A DNA stretch of 64,000 bases from Candidatus Poribacteria bacterium (GCA_965116925.1 OZ220744.1:2304001-2368000); one strand, 5' to 3'; positions 9,028 to 20,980 are shown, counted from the first letter of the stretch. The notes: a model not told the origin generated them from the letters alone. Made by a program: numbers and translations.

Positions 9028-12000
9028 ATGCAGAACCCATACAGCGAAGACCAACTTGTAGAGCAACCCGCCATCGCCCTACTTGCAGAAATGGGGTGGG
9101 AGACGCTCGACTGTTACAGCGAATTCGATCAGGGTAGCAGTCCATTCGGCAGAGAGCACAAAGGCGAAGTCGTCCTGACAACGAGGTTACGCGCTGCCCT
9201 TGAACGACTCAACCCCGATGCGTCCGGCGTGACAATCGAGAAAGCGGTAGAGGAGTTGACCCGTTCCCGCGCCGCTATGAATCTTGTCGAAGCCAACTGG
9301 GAGATTTACAGTCTGCTAAAGGACGGCGTGAAGGTTACGGTTACTAACTCAGATGACGAAGGTGAGATCGTCGAAGACCTAAAGGTGATCGATTGGGAGA
9401 ATATAGGTAACAACGATTTCTTTTTGGCGTCACAGTTCTCGATTACCGGCGAGATGTACACCCGCAGACCCGACGCAATCGGCTTCATCAACGGTTTGCC
9501 GTTGGTGCTGATGGAGTTCAAACGGATTGACGAGAACGTCTACGCTGCCTATCACGACAATCTCAGGGACTATAAGGACACAATTCCTCACCTATTCTGG
9601 TACAACGCCCTAATTATCCTCTCCAACGGTTCAGAGAGCAGAGTCGGCAGCCTGACAGCGAGTTGGGAGCACTTCACCGAATGGAAACGCATTGAGGGTG
9701 AAGGTGAACAAGGAGAGGTTTCGTTGCCAAGAATGTTAAAAGGCATCTGCGATCACCGTCGGCTGTTGGACACCGTTGAGAATTTCACACTGTTCACGGA
9801 GGGGCAGGGTGCACTTATCAAGATCTTCGCCAAGAACCACCAATATCTCGGCGTGAACAACGCGATTGAAGGGCTCAGGCATATCAAATCCAATCAGGGG
9901 AAACTCGGTGTCTTCTGGCATACGCAAGGCTCAGGCAAGAGTATCTCAATGATTTTCTTTGCCCAGAAGGTGCTGCGGACGATGCCGGGTAACTGGACGT
10001 TTGTTATTGTTACAGACCGCAAAGAGTTGGACGCTCAGATCTATAAAAACTTTGCAGATTGCAGAGGGGTTGTTGCACAGCAAGAGGTTCATGCGGAAAA
10101 GGTGGAGCATCTCCGGCAACTCTTGAGTGAGGATCACCGCTACATCTTCACCCTCATCCAGAAGTTCCAGACGAATGCAGGGGAGAAACATCCCGTTCTC
10201 TCGGATCGATCAGACATCATCGTTATCACCGATGAATCGCACCGCAGCCAGTATCACACATTCGCGTTGAATATGCGGACGGCACTCCCCAACGCTGCAT
10301 TTATAGCGTTCACAGGCACGCCGTTAATCACAGGAGAAAAGGAAAAGACGCGAGAAGTTTTCGGGGATTACGTCTCAACTTACGACTTCAAGCAGTCGGT
10401 CGAGGACGGCGCGACTGTACCGCTCTACTATGAGAACCGAGTTGCCCCGGTGCTATTGAACAATGAGGATCTGAACGAAGAATTTGAGGGGATTCTTGAG
10501 GAGGCGGCACTTGACGAAACGCAGGAAAACAGGATTGAACAAGAATTTGCCAGACAGTACCATATCATCACGCGGGATGAACGCTTAGAAGATGTCGCGA
10601 GAGATATTGTCTCACACTTCATGGGACGGGGATACCGGGGCAAGGCGATGGTCATTTCAATAGACAAAGCCACCGCTGTCAGGATGTATGACAAGGTACA
10701 GAACTATTGGAGATATCATCTTGATGGGTTGAAGATAGCATTACGGAACGCCCCTGACGCTGGAGCGCGTGAGCCCCTTCAGGCAAAAATTCAGTATATG
10801 GAGGGGACCGATATGGCGGTGGTGGTCTCGCAGTCGCAGAACGAAATCGCCGATCTGAGAGAGAAGGGGGTAGACATCCTTCCACACCGGAAACGGATGA
10901 ATGATGAGGATCTGGACACAAAATTCAAAGACCCCGACGATCCGTTCCGTATCGTTTTCGTCTGTGCGATGTGGATGACCGGCTTTGATGTGCCCTCCTG
11001 TTCGACAATTTACTTGGACAAGCCACAGCGGAATCATACCTTGATGCAGACTATCGCCAGAGCGAACCGAGTGTTTGGGGATAAAGTCAACGGCTTGATT
11101 GTCGATTATATCGGCATCTTCCGAGATCTGGAAAGGGCATTGGCGATTTATGCCGAAGGCACCGACCCAGAGGGCAGTAACCCGATTCGGGATAAATCGG
11201 AACTTGTCGAGCAGCTCAGAGGGCAGGTTGCGGAGGTCAAAGAGTTTTGTGCGAATCTCGGTGTGGATCTCGCCAAAATTGAGGCAGCACAACCAAAAAC
11301 CTTTGAACGAATCCAGGGGATCGAGGAAACTGTAAATAACATATTGGTCAACGATGAGACCAAGGGGGATTACCTGCAACGCGCAAATCACATCTTCAAG
11401 TTATACAAGGCGATTCTACCCGATGCCGCAGCGAATGAGTTCAGGGGAACTTGCTCTCTCACTAAAACCATCGCACAGCGTATTAGAACCCTGATCCCAT
11501 TGGTAGATCCCTCCGATGTAAGGACAGAGATCGAGGACTTACTGGATAGGTCAATAGTGCCGACTGATTATGTAGCGGAGGCTACCGGCGACTATGAAAC
11601 GGATGAGATGGTCGATTTAAGTCAGATTGATTTCGATCGACTCCGCGAAAGATTCACAGCGCAACACAAACAGATTGAAGTAGAAAGGCTGAGGGGGAGA
11701 ATAAATAGGCGGCTATCTCAGATGATCCGTTTCAACAAAACCCGAATGGATTATCGGGAGAAATTCGAGCGGATGATAGCGGAATATAACGAAGGCTCTG
11801 TTGACGCTACGCGAGTCTGGGAGAGACTGGTTACGTTGGTTGAAGAACTCAACGAGGAGGATCAACGCACCATCGCCGAACAACTCTCTGAGGAGGAATT
11901 AACGGTATTTGATCTGCTGACTCAACCTGCGCTAGATGAACATGAGTTGACGGAAGCGGAGAGAGATGAGGTGAAAGCAGTATCGAAAAAGTTGCTCGAT

Positions 12001-12207
12001 ACGCTCAAACGGGAGAAGTTGGTCTTGGATTGGCGCAAACGGCAACAATCACGCGCTGCAGTCAGGCTTGCTGTTGAAGAAATTCTTGATGAATTACCGG
12101 AATGTTATACGCCGCAGATATATACTCAGAAATGCGAAGCGGTGTATCACCACATTTACGAATCTTACTTCGGAGAGGATGATAGTATTTATAGGGTTGC
12201 AGCGTAG
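9028..12207 (+). CDS. hsdR: Type I R-M restriction subunit R
   Basis: 'RPD..FINGLPLV.MEFK', Walker A 'HTQGSGKS', 'DESHRSQY', 'FTGTP', 'TGFDVP', 'QTIARANR'. Confidence 0.95.
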   Translation: MQNPYSEDQLVEQPAIALLAEMGWETLDCYSEFDQGSSPFGREHKGEVVLTTRLRAALERLNPDASGVTIEKAVEELTRSRAAMNLVEANWEIYSLLKDGVKVTVTNSDDEGEIVEDLKVIDWENIGNNDFFLASQFSITGEMYTRRPDAIGFINGLPLVLMEFKRIDENVYAAYHDNLRDYKDTIPHLFWYNALIILSNGSESRVGSLTASWEHFTEWKRIEGEGEQGEVSLPRMLKGICDHRRLLDTVENFTLFTEGQGALIKIFAKNHQYLGVNNAIEGLRHIKSNQGKLGVFWHTQGSGKSISMIFFAQKVLRTMPGNWTFVIVTDRKELDAQIYKNFADCRGVVAQQEVHAEKVEHLRQLLSEDHRYIFTLIQKFQTNAGEKHPVLSDRSDIIVITDESHRSQYHTFALNMRTALPNAAFIAFTGTPLITGEKEKTREVFGDYVSTYDFKQSVEDGATVPLYYENRVAPVLLNNEDLNEEFEGILEEAALDETQENRIEQEFARQYHIITRDERLEDVARDIVSHFMGRGYRGKAMVISIDKATAVRMYDKVQNYWRYHLDGLKIALRNAPDAGAREPLQAKIQYMEGTDMAVVVSQSQNEIADLREKGVDILPHRKRMNDEDLDTKFKDPDDPFRIVFVCAMWMTGFDVPSCSTIYLDKPQRNHTLMQTIARANRVFGDKVNGLIVDYIGIFRDLERALAIYAEGTDPEGSNPIRDKSELVEQLRGQVAEVKEFCANLGVDLAKIEAAQPKTFERIQGIEETVNNILVNDETKGDYLQRANHIFKLYKAILPDAAANEFRGTCSLTKTIAQRIRTLIPLVDPSDVRTEIEDLLDRSIVPTDYVAEATGDYETDEMVDLSQIDFDRLRERFTAQHKQIEVERLRGRINRRLSQMIRFNKTRMDYREKFERMIAEYNEGSVDATRVWERLVTLVEELNEEDQRTIAEQLSEEELTVFDLLTQPALDEHELTEAERDEVKAVSKKLLDTLKREKLVLDWRKRQQSRAAVRLAVEEILDELPECYTPQIYTQKCEAVYHHIYESYFGEDDSIYRVAA

Positions 12208-12237
12208 TTGCTGGTTACGGTAAAATGTCAACAAAAC

Positions 12238-12356
12238 CTAGTACTCAGTCATATAAGTTTTGCATATCAACAAGGGGGTCGGGTGACCCGACCCCTACGA
12301 AGTATTATGAGTCTCAATCCATATAGACAATCATAATTTGCCTGACAGTGTACTAG
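12238..12356. mobile_element. MITE-like element with CTAGTAC..GTCA / TGAC..GTACTAG ends carrying a REP-like hairpin
   Basis: ~14-nt imperfect terminal inverted repeats; internal GGGGTCGGGTGACCCGACCCCTAC. Confidence 0.55.
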
Positions 12357-12500
12357 TACATTGCCAGATAAATGTAGCGCAAACTGTATGAAAATTAAAA
12401 AAACAGTTCGGTAATTTGCTAGCGACGCCGGCGCGGTTGAAAACCGCGCCTACCATATATTTGGAGGAAAATCGGGATTACCGATTTAAATACTTAAACA
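12357..12500. repeat. Repeat family C (TGTAGCGCAAA..GTATGAA..TTCGGTAAT..ATTACCGA) with REP-like GGCGCGGTTGAAAACCGCGCCTAC
   Basis: Homologous segments at ~37949-38030 and inverted at ~38157-38207. Confidence 0.55.
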
Positions 12501-12523
12501 TAACATTTTAAGTTGAATCGAGT

Positions 12524-13585
12524 ATGAGAATTCTAGAGCGATATGTTTTAATTGAATACCTCAGAACTTTCGTGTTGGCACTAGCCTTTTTCATTGCGCT
12601 GGTCGTTCTTGTCCGGTTGCTTGACAAGGATATTAAGCGTTTTGATGAGGAGATGTCTTATCTCACAGCGGTTCAGATTGTGCTGTTTCAAGCTCCTCGA
12701 CGGATAATGGAGGTTATTCCGTTGGCGAGTTTTCTTGCCATCTTCTTTGTTTTGGGACGAAAGGTTCAAAACAACGAGTTGGCCGCTATGCAGACCGCCG
12801 GCATTAGCATTTATCGCCTGCTCATTCCAATTCTCGTGTCCATGCTTTTGGTCTGCATGGCTTTTGTGATTTTCTATGATCAGGTTGCTTCGCCTGCGTA
12901 TCATCACGCCAATCAGTTACAGAAGCGGATCCGTTTGCGTCGGAGTCGAAATGTTGTCTTCAAGGGGCAGCATAATCGATTGTTCTACATCCAGAATCTT
13001 GATTTGGAAAATAGAACGATAGATCGGATGACGATTTACGAATTGGACCAGAATGACAAGGTCACTCGGCAGATTTTTGCCGATTCAGCCACTTGGTCGC
13101 CGAACCAGTGGCATTTGTCGAAGGGATGGGTCCGTCGTTTTGAGGGAGCCTCCGAGGTCGGTTATGAATCGTTTGTAACCAAGCAGATCGAGCGAACAGA
13201 GGAACCGGAGCGTTTCGCCGGGAGCAATAAACGCCTGCCGGCGATGACAATGGGAGAGCTACGGCAGCAGATACAATACAAACAGATTGCGGGCCAAGTG
13301 ACACGGCGTGAGGAGGTCAAATTGCACCATAAAATAGCCTACCCGTTTGCAGCGTTTGTTGTGATCCTGATTGGCGCCCCGATCTCGATCCGCTTTGGCG
13401 GTGCCGGATTTTTTGCTGGGCTGCTTGTTGCCTTCTTCCTCGTTTTTATATATTGGGGAATTTCACTGGCAACGCTTGAAGGGCTCGGTGAAAATGGGAA
13501 ACTACCGCCGATTGTTGCTTGTTGGGGTGCGAATGTGCTTTACGCAACTATCGGAGGCATTCTGATTTGGAAGATGCCTAAGTGA
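12524..13585 (+). CDS. lptG: LPS export ABC transporter permease LptG
   Basis: 'ILERYV', 'NNELAAMQTAGIS', 'HHKIAYPFA', 'LPPIVACWGAN'; 6 TM. Confidence 0.85.
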   Translation: MRILERYVLIEYLRTFVLALAFFIALVVLVRLLDKDIKRFDEEMSYLTAVQIVLFQAPRRIMEVIPLASFLAIFFVLGRKVQNNELAAMQTAGISIYRLLIPILVSMLLVCMAFVIFYDQVASPAYHHANQLQKRIRLRRSRNVVFKGQHNRLFYIQNLDLENRTIDRMTIYELDQNDKVTRQIFADSATWSPNQWHLSKGWVRRFEGASEVGYESFVTKQIERTEEPERFAGSNKRLPAMTMGELRQQIQYKQIAGQVTRREEVKLHHKIAYPFAAFVVILIGAPISIRFGGAGFFAGLLVAFFLVFIYWGISLATLEGLGENGKLPPIVACWGANVLYATIGGILIWKMPK

Positions 13586-13599
13586 GCTGAGAGAGTGAG

Positions 13600-14216
13600 A
13601 TGTTCAGGATTGCCAAATCTATCACGTTTCACATCTTGCGCTTCACCCCCGCGATTGGTCGCCTGCTCTTTCGGCTGCGCAGCCTCACCGCCCTCCCGTT
13701 TATATTGGTTGTAATCTATTTTTCCCGTCCTACATTCACTTCCGCGCTGATAGGTGCGGTCCCTTTGATTCTCGGTGAGTTCTTGCGTCTGTGGGCGGTG
13801 GGCTATGCCGGTGGAGCGACTCGTTCGCGGACCTTGGGGCTGCCAGCGATCTTGTGACGACGGGCCCCTATGCACATGTCCGTAATCCGCTCTATTTGGG
13901 AAATTTGTTACTCAGTCTCGGTGTCTGCGTTATTGCGAATGCTTACTGGATGATTATTGTACTGCTAGTAGGGTATTTTATCCAGTACCTGCCGATTATC
14001 ACATCCGAAGAGGCATACCTACGTGAATTTTGTGGGACAACGTATCAGACCTATTATGCGGCTGTTCCTAGATTCATTCCCTGTCTGCGCAGCTATGCCA
14101 ATCCCTCTACACACAGTTTTTCACTCTCTCGGGCACTCAAAGCTGAAAAGCGGACGTTAACGGCAATTGCTTGCGTAGTAGGATTCATTGTGGGTAAGGC
14201 TATGTTAGTTGATTAG
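13600..14216 (+). pseudogene. Isoprenylcysteine carboxyl/phospholipid methyltransferase family protein, frameshifted near 13838
   Basis: Frame 1 'LRLWAVGYAG..TRSRTLG' continues in another frame as 'AASDLVTTGPYAHVRNPLYLGN..EE..L..Y..Y...VPRFIP'; one G missing in TTGGGGC; may be a sequencing error. Confidence 0.7.
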
Positions 14217-14230
14217 CTCATTAATAAGAA

Positions 14231-14345
14231 CAGGAGTTACGCACTTCAGATTGTAGTTGCCCGATTTATCGGGCGTTGGGAATAGTTGCCGGCGGCGATT
14301 CATCGCCGAACTACAGTGCTTTGAGCGTTCAACTGCGTAAGTCCT
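14231..14345. mobile_element. MITE-like family B (CAGGA(C/G)TTACGC...GCGTAAGTCCT) with internal hairpins
   Basis: Terminal inverted repeats; inverted homologue at 38037-38152. Confidence 0.7.
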
Positions 14346-14562
14346 AAAGAATCTCAACGATAAGATGAAGACAAGGTGCAACTGTTTGTAACTGTTTGTA
14401 ATACAATTAGCGGGCATGACGAAACGTTTCATGCTGAAATAGGGACAATTTTCCCATTTGCGCGGGAAAATTGGGAAAATTTGATTTTCACAGGCGAAAC
14501 CTAACCTTTTTAATCTCACTCATGCTACCTTAACACCTCATCTTTTCAGTGCAAAGGTCATT

Positions 14563-14669
14563 TATAGTGAATTCAAAAAATAAAGAAACACTTGCGCCCC
14601 CATGTTTGGTAGGCGCTGTTTCCAACTGCGCCGGTTCGGAGTGTCCCATTAATTCTAAAATCTACTATA
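14563..14669 (+). mobile_element. MITE-like repeat family A
   Basis: Near-identical to 1504-1610. Confidence 0.7.
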
Positions 14670-14758
14670 GTTTTACTGTAGGAGGGATCTCCCGGTTGCG
14701 ACTTTTCAAACAAAATGGTTAAAAAGCCGAAAACTGAATAGTCCTAAGATTTTTTCTG

Positions 14759-14787
14759 TTGACATTTCAGAGACTTTTGATTAAGAT
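14759..14787 (+). promoter_or_regulatory. sigma70 promoter of the molybdoenzyme operon
   Basis: TTGACA-17 nt-TAAGAT. Confidence 0.55.
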
Positions 14788-14879
14788 AAGGTGCACAATA
14801 ACTATTTACCTAGTTTTCCAATACCCGTGTTGGGTATTTAGTGTGATAAAATCTCTCACTTTGAAAGGAGATTGATACT

Positions 14880-15758
14880 TTGCGAGCGTTTGAATATGTT
14901 CCCGCAAAAACTGTAGCTGAAGCTACCTCCTTGCTCGCCGAAAAAGGTGATCAAGCAAAACCCTTGGCCGGCGGAACAGATCTCATCGTTATGGTTCGGG
15001 AGAACCGGCGGCAGTTGGAACGGATGGTGGACATCAAGGACCTTCCTGAGACTAACGTGCTTTCATATTCCCCTGACACCGGTTTAGATCTCGGTGCGGC
15101 TGTTCCCTGTCATACAATCTACGCGGACGATGCCATCTCTGCCGCCTATCCTGGACTGATTGATGCTGCTAAGATTATTGGTGGAACCGCGATTCAAGGT
15201 AGAGCAAGTGTTGGTGGTAATCTGTGCAATGCCTCTCCCGCTGCGGATACGATCCCGCCGTTGATAGTGTTGGGTGCCACTTGTGTAATTGCTGGTCCAA
15301 ATGGATCGACACGCGAGGTTCCTGTAGAGGATTTCTGCACAGCACCAGGACAGACTGTCTTGGAAAAGGGAGAGCTTCTCGTATCGTTCAAGATTCCCGC
15401 CCCACCGACAAATTCGAGTTCGTTTTACCTCCGTTTTATCCCACGCAATGAAATGGATATCGCAGTTGTGGGTGCCGGTGCGTCGGTTGTTCTCGACGAC
15501 ACGAAGACCTCGATTGTCTCCGCGCGAATCGGGCTTGCTGCTGTCGCGCCAACGCCGTTGCTTGCTGAAGAAGCAGGTGCATCACTTGCTGGAAAGGAAA
15601 TTTCCGACGAAGCGATTAACGCTGCTGCCGAAGCGGCGCAGGCGATTGCGAGTCCGATCAGCGATATGCGTGGATCAGCTGAACAAAGAACACACCTTGT
15701 CGGTGTGTTGACCCGTCGTGCCTTAAACGGTGCAATTCAACGAGTGAAGGAGGCATAA
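14880..15758 (+). CDS. Xanthine dehydrogenase/CoxM family FAD-binding subunit
   Basis: 'LAGGTDL', 'ASVGGNLCNASPAAD', 'PISDMRGSAE'. Confidence 0.9.
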   Translation: MRAFEYVPAKTVAEATSLLAEKGDQAKPLAGGTDLIVMVRENRRQLERMVDIKDLPETNVLSYSPDTGLDLGAAVPCHTIYADDAISAAYPGLIDAAKIIGGTAIQGRASVGGNLCNASPAADTIPPLIVLGATCVIAGPNGSTREVPVEDFCTAPGQTVLEKGELLVSFKIPAPPTNSSSFYLRFIPRNEMDIAVVGAGASVVLDDTKTSIVSARIGLAAVAPTPLLAEEAGASLAGKEISDEAINAAAEAAQAIASPISDMRGSAEQRTHLVGVLTRRALNGAIQRVKEA

Positions 15759-15764
15759 AAATAG

Positions 15765-16238
15765 ATGCCTAAAAAAGTCCACGTTCAAACAACGATTAAC
15801 GGTGAAACAGTTGAATATTTATGTGAACCTCGCCAGAGCTTGCTTGAAGTCTTGCGAGATGTACTTCATCTGACAGGTGCCAAGGAAGGTTGTAACAATG
15901 GCAACTGCGGTGCCTGTAGCGTGATTCTTGATGGGCGTCTGGTCAATTCGTGCTTGGTGCTTGGTGCTGAACTCGAAGGTAAATCGCTTGAAACGATTGA
16001 GGGGCTCGCCGAGCCGGACCAGCTTCATCCCATTCAAGATGCGTTTTTAGAAAATGCTGCGCTCCAATGTGGTATTTGCACGCCCGGCTTTATCATGGCG
16101 GCAAAGGCATTGTTAGATAACAACCCGAATCCAACAGAGCACGAAATCCGCTATTGGCTAGCGGGCAATCTGTGCCGTTGTACAGGATACGATAAAATTG
16201 TACGTGCTGTCCAAGATGCAGCGCAAACTACGTCTTAG
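15765..16238 (+). CDS. (2Fe-2S)-binding subunit (CoxS/XdhC family)
   Basis: 'GCNNGNCGAC', 'QCGICTPG', 'GNLCRCTGY'. Confidence 0.92.
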   Translation: MPKKVHVQTTINGETVEYLCEPRQSLLEVLRDVLHLTGAKEGCNNGNCGACSVILDGRLVNSCLVLGAELEGKSLETIEGLAEPDQLHPIQDAFLENAALQCGICTPGFIMAAKALLDNNPNPTEHEIRYWLAGNLCRCTGYDKIVRAVQDAAQTTS

Positions 16239-16252
16239 GAGGTAGGTGCATA

Positions 16253-18508
16253 ATGGCAGAAAAGAAAGACTACAAAGTCGTTGGGACTCGTCCCATTCGT
16301 CACGATGGCGTTGATAAGGTTACAGGTCGCGCCCTTTACGGCGCAGATTTCTACGCTGTAGGACTGTTACACGGCAGGGTTCTTCGGAGTCCACACGCCC
16401 ATGCACGGATTAAGTCGATTGATACGAGCCGTGCAGAAGCGCATCCCGGCGTGAAGGCGGTTGTAACAGCGAAAGATTTTCCTGATGTCGAAGATAAAAT
16501 TGCCGATCTTGGAGAGGGAGCGGCTAACGTAAAAGATCTCCAAGATAACGTATTGGCAGGCGACAAAGTGCTCTACAAGGGCCATCAGGTCGCGGCGGTA
16601 GCCGCAATTGATCCCCACACGGCTGAAGAGGCACTTGAACTCATAGATGTTGAGTATGAAGTGCTGCCGCCGGCAATCAGCGTGCTTGACGCGATGAAAG
16701 AAGATGCGCCGCTTCTGCACGAGAACATGAGAACCGATGAGATGGGGGAAAAATCCGATAAGCCGAGCAACATTGCGAGTCACTTCCAGCACAAGCAGGG
16801 AGACCCCGAAAAAGGGTTTGCCGAAGCGGATGTTGTTGTTGAACAAGAGTATACGACAGAGACCGTACATCAAGGCTATATCGAACCCCACAATGCGACG
16901 GCACTGTATAACCCCGATGGACACCTCACAATCTGGTGTAGTACGCAGGGGGCATTCGCTGTCCGAGAACAAGTGTCTGAGATTCTCGATCTACCCGTCT
17001 CAAAAATTAAGGTTGTGCCGATGGAGATCGGCGGTGGCTTTGGTGGGAAGATTAATGTTTACATCAAGCCGATCGCCGCGATGCTCTCCATGAAAACGGG
17101 CAAACCTGTCAAGGTCTTGATGAGTCGGGCGGATGTCTTTGAAGGCACCGGTCCAACGCCAGGTTCCTACGTGCGTGTGAAGATGGGCGCAACGAACGAT
17201 GGACGCATTACCGCTGCGGAAGCCTATCTCGCGTTTGAAGCGGGTGCGTATGCCGGCTCACCGGTTGGGGCAGCGGCGTTCTGCGTCTTCTCGCCCTACA
17301 AGGTTGAGAATGGGCAGGTTGATGGATATGATGTGGTCGTCAATAAGCCGAAGACCGCCGCATATCGCGCGCCTGGTGCAACAAATGCTGCATTTGCTGC
17401 TGAAACTGTCATCGACGAGATTTGTGAGAAGATCAGGATGGATCCGCTCGAATTCCGTATCCTCAATAGTGCGAAAGAGGGGGATATCCGTGTTGATGGT
17501 CCACCCACCCCACGTGTTGGTTTCGTCGAAACGGTTGAGGCTGCGAAGGATCACCCACACTACTCGGCACCGCTTGAAGGTGAGAATGTAGGACGTGGTG
17601 TTGCTTCCGGTTATTGGCCCAATTTCGGTATGAAATCGAGTGTCGTAATTAACGTAACTGCCGATGGGACAATTAGTCTCGTCGAAGGGTCAACCGATAT
17701 CGGTGGCACACGCGCATCGATTGCGATGCAGGCTGCGGAAGTTCTGGGCATTCCCGCCGAGTCTGTCACGCCTAGCGTAGTGGATACCGATTCTGTGGGT
17801 TACACCGCTGTAACAGGGGGTAGCCGTACCGCGTTTGCTACCGGCTACGCCGCTTATGAAGCTGCACAGGATGTCAAGGGGCAAATGATTGAGCGTGCTG
17901 CAAAACTGTGGGAAGTCGATGCGGAAGAGGTCCAATTTGCCGATGGCGTATTTAGTACCGTTAATGGGCAGGAACACGAGATTGACTTCAAAGGTCTAGC
18001 AGCGAGGTTGGATGAGACCGGCGGTCCCGTCGTTGGACGCGGCACTGCGGATCCCAATCAACCCGGTCCTTCAATCGGTCTACACGTTGTTGATGTCGAG
18101 GTCGATCCGGATACTGGCAAGATTGACATCTTGCGTTACACAGCGACCCAAGATGCGGGCAAAGCAGTCCACCCCAGCTATGTCGAAGGACAGATACAGG
18201 GTGGTGCTGTCCAAGGTATCGGCTGGGCGTTGAACGAGGAATACATCTACAATGAAAAAGGTGAGATGACCAACGCGAGTTTCCTCGATTACCGTATACC
18301 GACCTGTCTGGATCTGCCGATGATTGACGCTGTTATCGTCGAAGTTCCGAACCCCGGTCATCCGTATGGGGTTAGGGGTGTCGGTGAAACGCCAATTATC
18401 GCGCCCCCTGCTGCGATTGCAAATGCGGTCTATCGTGCAATCGGTGTTCGGATGAAAGAGTTACCGATGTCGCCGGGCCGCGTTCTCAAAGCGATGGGCA
18501 AGATCTAA
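16253..18508 (+). CDS. Xanthine dehydrogenase family molybdopterin-binding subunit
   Basis: 'IGGGFGGK', 'AYRAPG', 'EGQIQGGAVQGIG', 'GVGETP'. Confidence 0.92.
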   Translation: MAEKKDYKVVGTRPIRHDGVDKVTGRALYGADFYAVGLLHGRVLRSPHAHARIKSIDTSRAEAHPGVKAVVTAKDFPDVEDKIADLGEGAANVKDLQDNVLAGDKVLYKGHQVAAVAAIDPHTAEEALELIDVEYEVLPPAISVLDAMKEDAPLLHENMRTDEMGEKSDKPSNIASHFQHKQGDPEKGFAEADVVVEQEYTTETVHQGYIEPHNATALYNPDGHLTIWCSTQGAFAVREQVSEILDLPVSKIKVVPMEIGGGFGGKINVYIKPIAAMLSMKTGKPVKVLMSRADVFEGTGPTPGSYVRVKMGATNDGRITAAEAYLAFEAGAYAGSPVGAAAFCVFSPYKVENGQVDGYDVVVNKPKTAAYRAPGATNAAFAAETVIDEICEKIRMDPLEFRILNSAKEGDIRVDGPPTPRVGFVETVEAAKDHPHYSAPLEGENVGRGVASGYWPNFGMKSSVVINVTADGTISLVEGSTDIGGTRASIAMQAAEVLGIPAESVTPSVVDTDSVGYTAVTGGSRTAFATGYAAYEAAQDVKGQMIERAAKLWEVDAEEVQFADGVFSTVNGQEHEIDFKGLAARLDETGGPVVGRGTADPNQPGPSIGLHVVDVEVDPDTGKIDILRYTATQDAGKAVHPSYVEGQIQGGAVQGIGWALNEEYIYNEKGEMTNASFLDYRIPTCLDLPMIDAVIVEVPNPGHPYGVRGVGETPIIAPPAAIANAVYRAIGVRMKELPMSPGRVLKAMGKI

Positions 18509-18641
18509 GTATATAGGCGTAAATTTTAGCATTTCAGATCCGCTCGGTTTCTCGAACTTGGTGGATCTAAAACTACCATCAGGGATATGGGGTTCTTATA
18601 GAGCTTCATATCCCTGATTTGTTTTACCCACGGAGGGTGTT

Positions 18642-18929
18642 ATGGCAACGATTGCAATTCCCTCACTCATGCAGAAACTGACCGATGGCGCGAACCAAGT
18701 GGTTGTGGAGGGGAAGACGCTGCGGGAAGTGGTTAATAATCTTGAAGCAGCCTATCCCGGTTTCAAAGATCGCCTCTGTGATGGAGATCGGATTCGTCCG
18801 AGCATCTCAGTATATATTGATGGCGTTATGACTCGTGAAGGGATGCATCAACCGATAGGCGAGACGGCGAACATCCATTTCGTACCGGCGGTCAGTGGCG
18901 GTTTATCCAGCCGTCAAAAAGATTTGTAG
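18642..18929 (+). CDS. MoaD/ThiS family sulfur carrier
   Basis: Ubiquitin-like size, 'PAVSGG' near the C-terminus followed by an 8-aa tail. Confidence 0.8.
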   Translation: MATIAIPSLMQKLTDGANQVVVEGKTLREVVNNLEAAYPGFKDRLCDGDRIRPSISVYIDGVMTREGMHQPIGETANIHFVPAVSGGLSSRQKDL

Positions 18930-18958
18930 TAATAAATGAAAAAAATGTGTGTTTTCTC

Positions 18959-18987
18959 TTGACAGGGTGAAGGGGGTATGTTATAAT
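18959..18987 (+). promoter_or_regulatory. rRNA operon sigma70 promoter
   Basis: Consensus TTGACA-17 nt-TATAAT with extended -10 TG; boxA-like GCTCTTTGAAA at ~19021. Confidence 0.85.
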
Positions 18988-19166
18988 CCCACCTGCTTCC
19001 GTTAAGGAAGGTTAAAAGATGCTCTTTGAAAGCTAAATAGTTTCTGTTACGCGCTACGTTTTTTGATAGATAGCATTTGATAGGGCTTGTATATTGTACA
19101 AAGTCCTCCTGTCGACTTAGAAAATCCCCCAACCTTTATAGAGTTGGAGTGGTTTTTCTTTAAGAC

Positions 19167-20731
<1,565 letters not shown>

Positions 20732-20820
20732 CCAAGGGCATCTTTAATGCCCGAGCTCGTTGAATTGTGCATATCGGAAATCTATTTAGCTTTCATAGAC
20801 GGCATCTTTTATTTTTCTAG

Positions 20821-20897
20821 GGGCTTATAGCTCAGGCGGTTAGAGCGCGCGCCTGATAAGCGCGAGGTCTCTGGTTCGATTCCAGATAAGCCCACCA
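20821..20897 (+). tRNA. tRNA-Ile(GAT)
   Basis: Cloverleaf, anticodon loop CTGATAA, GTTCGA T-loop, encoded CCA. Confidence 0.97.
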
Positions 20898-20906
20898 TAT
20901 CTATGT

Positions 20907-20980
20907 GGGGGTGTAGCTCAGTTTGGGAGAGCGTCTGCTTTGCACGCAGAAGGCCAGCGGTTCGACTCCGCTCATCTCCA
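20907..20980 (+). tRNA. tRNA-Ala(TGC)
   Basis: Cloverleaf, anticodon loop TTTGCAC, G3:U70 identity pair; followed by CTA rather than CCA. Confidence 0.95.

Noticed and set aside
14880..18508. Aerobic CO dehydrogenase (coxMSL)
   Set aside because: Lacks the AYxCSFR and AYxGAGR active-site motifs
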